Source: a virus (taxonomy: Duplodnaviria; Heunggongvirae; Uroviricota; Caudoviricetes). From it: a stretch of DNA of 64,000 bases. This document shows, piece after piece, positions 57,589 to 64,000 of this stretch; positions within the stretch are counted from its first letter, which is position 1; each line of letters begins with the position of its first letter. The notes beneath the pieces were generated by a model that ran no database searches, was not told where the DNA came from, and saw only the letters and a program-made list of their open reading frames with translations. Location of the stretch: positions 64,001-128,000 of the IMG/VR virus record IMGVR_UViG_3300029904_000001; one strand, 5' to 3'. The translations under genes were made by a program, and so were the position numbers.

Positions 57589-58849
57589 TTATTTTTCCTC
57601 CTTGTTTTAAATGTGGATCTGGATTGTTTCAATCAGGCATAATTCTAAAATCGTATGGATATAAAGATTTGCCATAAAATTTATCTGGATGCCCTCCAAC
57701 TTTTGGATAAACATGATACGGATCGATAATTTTAATATTTCCAAATTCATCTCATCCAACATTAGCAGGACGTACATCACTTATCTTTATCCCATTAGGT
57801 AATAATAATCAATCTTCAATAGTGTTTATTGCACCTTTTGCATTTAATTCTTTTCTGATACGATTAAAGAGTTCTTTCTCATGAATCATTGCATCTCTGA
57901 GAGAAGGTACATTGATTTTTCTTTGAGAAAAAATAAATGATTTATCAGTCTCTGGTCCAAAAGATCCTTCAAACCTTAAAGGTTCTCCAAATTCTCCTAA
58001 AACATTTTTACCCATATGTTGATTATAGATTCTTCGTCCAATATTATCATTAATATGCCCTCTAATTCCTATAACTTTTAATACTCTATCGCCATCAATA
58101 AAAACACTAGCTTCTCCTCCACCTAAAGACGTAGGTTTAATTGTTTCTCCATTATCAGAAATAATTTGCTGTATTTCTTTTGAAACATCTTTTCGTAAAG
58201 GTTGTCCAGCATCAATAGTGCCATCTAAAATTCTTTTTTGTCTTTCGAGAGCCAAAATTACATCTTGATCTAAAACATCTTCTGGAAGTTGATATAATTT
58301 ACGAACCTCTTTAATTTGTTCTGGAGTAATATAGCCTGTTGGCAAACTAAAATCTCTAACTTTATCTAACATTATTTTAGCATCCTTACCTAAACGCCTA
58401 GATATTTTAACAGCACTTCCTCCTGGAGCTAATCCAATTAATCCTAATCCAGCCATAGATAAACCAGCTCCAAATCCATCTTCTATTCCAGCTTTAATAG
58501 GATCTCAAGTCAAACCCTTTATATCTCCTATAACAGGAGTAAAATCTATAGCTGTTTCTACTACATCTCCTAATATCTGACGATTCCGTTTAAGTCTTTC
58601 ATCAACATTAGTTGGAACTTGATCTGTATGTGTATTATGTTGTACAGATTGTACAGTTCCAGTAGCATCTCTAGCGGGAATTATTGGTTTAATTTGTAAT
58701 GGCTGTGAAGTAAAATCTGGTAAACTAATTCTTTGTCTTCCATTTACCGACTGTTGTAAAGGAGAAGTAGCTCTTTGAACTTGCTGTTCTGGAGTTTTAG
58801 GTCCAGATTGTAACAAAGTTAATATTGGCGAATTAAATATTGTCGGCAT
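57575..58849 (-). CDS. Pre-toxin-like N-terminal region fused to a protein-kinase-like domain (424 aa with TGA=Trp)
   Basis: N-terminal DFTPVIGDIKG...AGLGLIGLAPG. Kinase-like motifs LGGGEASV, VLKV, DVRPANV, IIDP. TAA at 57575-57577. Confidence 0.65.
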
Positions 58850-60494
58850 CTATCACTCCTCCCTTATTATCAACAGTATTATCTATAATCTCTTCTGCAA
58901 ATAACATTCCAGCTTGAATTGCTGCTTCATCAGAACCATCTTTATATAAAGCTTCAAGTTTTTCAGTTAATTCTTTAGTTAAGATTAATTCTCCAACTTC
59001 TATTTCTGCAACTTGAGTTTTTACACCATCTGGATCTTCAGTAGCTACTGGAATTCCTTTTGGAGTCATATCACTTAACTCAGGATTTATTTCATCTAAA
59101 TGATTTTTATGAGCATGATAAGCTCCTTCAACAATTACATTAGATTCTATACCTGGTTGTCCAAGTTTTCCTCCATCCTTAAACTTAGCTAATAAATTTC
59201 TAGCTCAATTTAATTTAGGCATTTTCATACCTTCTTTTCCAATAGCAAATTGCTGTCCGGTTATTCCTCCATATCTATTTCTATTTTGTTGAGCCAAATC
59301 AGCAGCTGCAGAAGAAGCACCTTCTTTTCTCATTCGTTGTACATCCGAAATTCCTGTCATTATGTCTCGTTTTCTATTTTGTTCTTGAATAAAACTATTA
59401 ACTTTACTTGTTTGACCTAAGAATTTACCTCCAGATAAATCTTCAGCAGAGTCAAAAGTACTCATATCGTAAGCACTTCCAACATTTGCTAATCTGCTTC
59501 TATCAATATCAAATTCATCAGATTTTTGAGCAAATGCGCCTAAAATTGATCCAACACCAGGTATTGTCGCTACTACATTATTTAAACCTCTATTTAAACC
59601 AGCATCTTCAGCTGCATCTTTAGATATACTAGACATTTGACTTCCAAGCATCTTACCTAATCCATCTGTTATCTGTAATCCTGCGGAAATTAAAGGTCCT
59701 CAACCAGGAATCGCAGAAACCGCGCCATATATACCAGAACGTACAGCTTCTTGCGTTTCATCTAATTGTTGAGCTGTTGGTCTATCAGCATATTGTCCTA
59801 CAGAATTTCCAAGAACATTAACTGCACCTCCAACTAATCCAGCAACAGCGCTAACAGCTTGTCCTGCTCCAGAGTTCATAAATTCTCCAGCTGAAACAGT
59901 ACCATCTCCATTAGTATCTCGTCTTGCGATTCTGTCAGCTTTTCTTGCAGCTTGTTTTTGTTCTCTAGCTAATCCTCGGAGTTCTTTTGCACTCGGACCT
60001 GTATTTTCTATACCTCGTAAACTTAAAGTATTTATAATTTGCGAATTAACTGGTTGTTGACCAATAGAATTAGTTGAATCTACGGATTCGATTCTTTCTT
60101 CTGGATTAGTAATAGCCCCTCTAGTAAAACCTAAAGATCCATCATCATGACGAATTAAACCAGGAGTTTTTGCATTTTGTTGCTGTTGAGTTAGATCTTG
60201 ATATGAGGGCGATGATGTATCGAGATCTAACTGACCAAAATTTTGTTTTTGAATTGTAGGAGGCGCTATATTAGTATCAATATATTTAGTATTAGCATTA
60301 AATTCAGAGTAATTTCTATTAATATTAGGAGTTTTGCCTAATACTCCATTTTGAAAATCTGGCATTTGTAATTTTGGCATTATACTACCTAATATATCTG
60401 TTTGTAATGGAGATACATTAGGTAGAAATGATGCCAAAGATACATTAAAACCACTTCCAACTTGACCAGCAGCTTGTTTTATATTCTCGTACAT
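58833..60494 (-). CDS. Putative virion cargo protein directly downstream of the muzzle gene (553 aa with TGA=Trp)
   Basis: Three track ORFs share one frame. Gly/Ala-rich hydrophobic stretch. C-terminal FKDGG..EGAYHAHKNH..GIPV..AEIEVGE. The position matches crAss cargo genes. Confidence 0.72.
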
Positions 60495-60497
60495 ATC

Positions 60498-63400
60498 TTA
60501 TGCATAACTAGTCATTATCATAGTTTTAATAGCTGATATTAAAACTAAATCTTTTCCTGTATATTTTATTCTAATCTTACATCACTTATCTCTAATACGT
60601 GTTGACTTCCAATCTTGTCTCTTAGTATCTATATCATTATTTCCAGTTACTCCATATTCTGCATTTTCTGCATCTGCTTTTCTAAATAGAATTGGATCTA
60701 TAGTTAGATATCAAACATCTTCTTTATATGTAATATTACCTCTCATACGTCCATATTCTTTAATATCATAACACTTTTGATTAGTTTTAAGAAGATATTG
60801 ATTCAATATTGGATCTCATTCAACAGTAGTATTTTTAAACTCTTCTGAGGTTTTAATTGGATTATCTTTAATTCAAGGTAATCTTTGAGATCCGTTTGTA
60901 GGATTTTTACCTTCATCTTTAATAGGATATTCTGGAATAAACGGCTCTCCTTCTTTAGGAAGTAATTTAACTGGAGTATTATAATTATCTCATTCTTTAG
61001 AAGAAATCGGATTTTCCCGTTTTTCTCAATAATCCTGATTATATTTCCAGAATATTCCAGCTTTATTAAATCCATAAACATCTCCAACAATTTCATATTC
61101 AACTTCAGAAGGTTGAACGTTATTAGAAATAATTACAAGATTATTAAATATTTTATGTAATCCAGCGGGTTCGTTAACTACAAATTCAAACTCAAATGGT
61201 TCTTGTTTATCATATCATACAGTTGGAAGAATTTCATTTGTTCTATCTTCATCAAAATAATTAATTTCATCAAAAATTCCTGCACGACCATGAACATAAA
61301 ATCCGTTTTTCATAAGTTTATCGTAAGCATCTTTATCCGCTTGATTTGACAATTTGGAATAATCAGCAACAATACCAAAAACCGTTTTAAATGTATCACC
61401 AACTGTTATTTTCTTTTCTTTAGTAATAGCATCTTCTACTTCTGTATAAGGAGTTGCTTTTACAATAAAATATAAATAATACAATTGATGTCCATTATAA
61501 GTCATAAGATTTGCAGGTAATTCGAATTGTCCATTAATATACGGAGTTAATTCTTTTCCCTCAGCCAATGTTCCAGATAATACTAATTTCTCTATTTTTT
61601 TACCTGTTTCTGGATCTTCTACTGACACTAAATCGACATTTAATAGTGTTTTAATATCAGTAGTAGGCTGAGAGATAAAAATTTCTGTTCCATTTTCATC
61701 TAAATAAGAAGACTTAATATCTTCTATTTCATAATGAAAATATTTAAAGAAATCGTATGCATTAACTTTTAAAGTTATAGTGTGATTTTTATTTAAATCT
61801 GTTCATAGATTGCTAGATGTATCTTTTGTATTAACACTTACAATACCCGCAGTAGCATTAATATTATCATAAATATAAGCTAATATTTCAGCTCGTTTTT
61901 TATCTAAAGAATAATAAATATTATTTACATTTTCAGAATAAAGAGGAACCCAAGAATATCTTGTCGATCATTTATCTAAACGTTCGTTATAACAAATGTT
62001 CCACTCTTCATCTTCTGTGTCATTATAAAACGTAAACATTATATCACCTTTATAATTATTATAATGTGATTTTACATTTCTTAATGCAATAGTTGGATAT
62101 TTATCTTTTTCTTTTAGTTTTATATGATCATTTAAATAACGTTGAATCTTAGCATCAGATATTAATTCTAATCCATTATTTTGAGAGAATCTTCATATTT
62201 TTTTAGCATATGTATCAACACCATAAACGCCAAGAGGAGTTCTTATTATCGATTCTTGCCAAATTGAACCATAATCTTGAGAAATAATACTCATTTGATT
62301 TTGTAATACCCCAGCACCATACATATGTATAGATTGTCCTGTTGTAGTAGCCATTAATGCTTTTTCATTAACTGGAATAATAGTAATACCATGTTCAAAT
62401 ATAGCTAAAAGACTCGTTCCTCATGATATTAACTTAACCAACCCTCCATATTGTCGATCCATATCTTTATAAGACAATCCTTGGAATATTCTATAGGCAT
62501 TTTGGAAAGCATCATCTTGCTGTACATTAGAGAACATTATACGGGTATCAAAAATATCTCTAGTATATGGAATATCTTGTACTGGTAGGAATGATTTTCT
62601 TCCAACAGTTGAAGAATAACCATCGTTAAGTTTTCAGGAATCTTCCAATTTATTTCCAGCAGAAGTAAAAGCACCAGTATTAGGATAGAATGAACGAGGA
62701 TTACCCATTAATGCCATCTCTTCAACATTAGTGTAATCTAAAGCTCTTAATCCAAGATTATAATTACTTAAACATTTTCAAGTAATTCAAGATCCAATTG
62801 GTACGGTATTAACATCACCTCTGTTTATCGATAATCAAGCGTCTTCATCTGTAGTATTATATCCATCATAATTATCTTTTCATGTATTTGGATCAATAAT
62901 TATTTCATTTACAGGAACATCTGAATCAACAAAATTACGTTGCAATCGTATTGATACAGTACATGTATAACAATCCCCACGCATAGCTCATATGGAAGCA
63001 TTTGGATCATCTCATTTTTTATCATCTAATGCTCATCTATCTGTAATAGCAAAGAATGGAGAATTATCGTTACCACGTATTTTAAAATATTCTTGTTCAA
63101 ATACAGATGAAAAATTACGTATTTTTACATTATATAGATACGCATCTTTTAGTTCTCCAGATAATCCTAAAAATGGACACCATATACCACGTAATAAATT
63201 TTTATTATCACTTGCATAATCTTGTTCACTAAAGAAAGCAATCTGTTTTACTTCTTCAGCAGCTCCAGCTCTTGTAGAAAAAGCTTGATTATTCATATAT
63301 TTTGTTGGAATATCACTTCCAACATAAATTGTTCCTAATTTATTAGATATATTGCTAATCTCTTTTGTGTCGGCTTCAGCAGTAAAAATTCTGTCATTTG

Positions 63401-64000
63401 TAGAATCTTGATGAATTTCTCTTGATTCAAATTCTTGAAATACAAATTCAGAACCATCAAAAGTAGATTGTAAAATAGGAGCGATACAAGGATCTATTGT
63501 TAATAACGCAGAAGTAGCTTTAAAATTAGTACTTTTCTTTTTAAAATTAGTACTTAATGTACCATTATCATCAATAAAACCTTCTGTTATATATAATGGT
63601 TTATTAGAACCTTCTGCACTTACTATTGGTAAGATAGGCACATGACTGGTTCTATCAATACCAACAGATAAACCTTGACATAACGTAGTCGGAATTCTTT
63701 TTTGTCTTACAATAAAAAATCCTTTAATTCCTAATTGTTGTAATCTTTCCCTTAAACGAGATTTCATACTTATTGTAAAGCCATACGGTTTTATAGTATA
63801 ATTTTTATGATCGTAAATCGCTAATCGTGTTGGAAGTTTAAACACTCCCATAATATTATCAAGATTGCTTCCATTAACTATAAAATCTTCTTTAGGAATA
63901 TAGTTTAATTTAACAGAGTCTCAACTACCTTCAACGGGTTTTGTTCTATGTCCACTTTCATCCAATTCATATTCAACAATTGGATTACCATTTTGTTCGA
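60498..64000 (-). CDS. Tail stabilisation/muzzle protein (P22 gp10-like), 5'-truncated by the window edge
   Basis: One frame is open from the window end to TAA at 60498. C-terminal RIRDKWCKIRIKYTGKDL..ISAIKT and internal WSTRYSW resemble crAss tail stabilisation proteins. Confidence 0.7.

Noticed and set aside
1801-63219. Antisense or off-frame track ORFs (e.g. 1801-2064, 3656-3931, 8973-9299, 19329-19556, 28495-28785, 41605-41880, 51956-52630, 56394-56645, 60803-61102, 62992-63219)
   Set aside because: They lie wholly within well-supported genes on the other strand or frame and show no motifs.
346-64000. Widespread pseudogenisation or sequencing error as the cause of the fragmented ORFs
   Set aside because: The breaks are TGA, stay in frame, and fall at conserved Trp positions. 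The only frame shifts coincide with complete group I intron structures.
1-64000. Mollicute, mitochondrial or code-25 (TGA=Gly) origin
   Set aside because: Gene content is crAss-like, the promoters are Bacteroidota-type, and TGA aligns to Trp rather than Gly.
1-64000. TAG recoded to Gln (code 15)
   Set aside because: TAG ends nrdJ (5921) and Pnkp (13943) at their expected C-termini.
1-64000. tRNA (including a UCA suppressor), rRNA or CRISPR array
   Set aside because: No cloverleaf or T-loop motif in the few intergenic gaps and no repeat-spacer periodicity seen. Such genes may lie outside the window.

Overview
A 64-kb segment of a Crassvirales (crAss-like) phage genome that reads TGA as Trp (translation table 4). 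Most short ORFs in the supplied track are in-frame pieces of much longer genes joined through TGA, while TAA and TAG remain stops. Eight TTTG-N19/20-TAnnTTTG promoters point to a Bacteroidota host. The + strand (1-23964) carries replication, nucleotide-metabolism and RNA-repair genes: PD-(D/E)XK exonuclease, NrdJ, dUTPase, ATP-dependent DNA ligase, RNA ligase, Pol-beta nucleotidyltransferase, Pnk/phosphatase, ThyX, vWA metallopeptidase, MoxR ATPase and dNMP kinase. It meets the - strand at a bidirectional terminator near 24 kb. The - strand (24015-64000) carries virion cargo and tail genes, including a ~3027-aa single-chain RNA polymerase with a C-terminal zincin domain, a ~3123-aa protein with an SF1 helicase domain, a ~1530-aa protein with a RecB-like nuclease domain, a pre-toxin-like plus kinase-like protein, DUF192 and a tail stabilisation (muzzle) protein. 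Four group I introns could be resolved to the nucleotide. Two carry homing endonucleases. Two are ORF-less (184 and 227 nt) and interrupt the RNAP gene, one inside its DxDxD catalytic motif. An antisense SF2-helicase cassette with its own promoters sits within the cargo cluster. No tRNA, rRNA or CRISPR array was seen. All translations were done by eye, and gaps in the giant genes were spot-checked rather than exhaustively checked for TAA/TAG.
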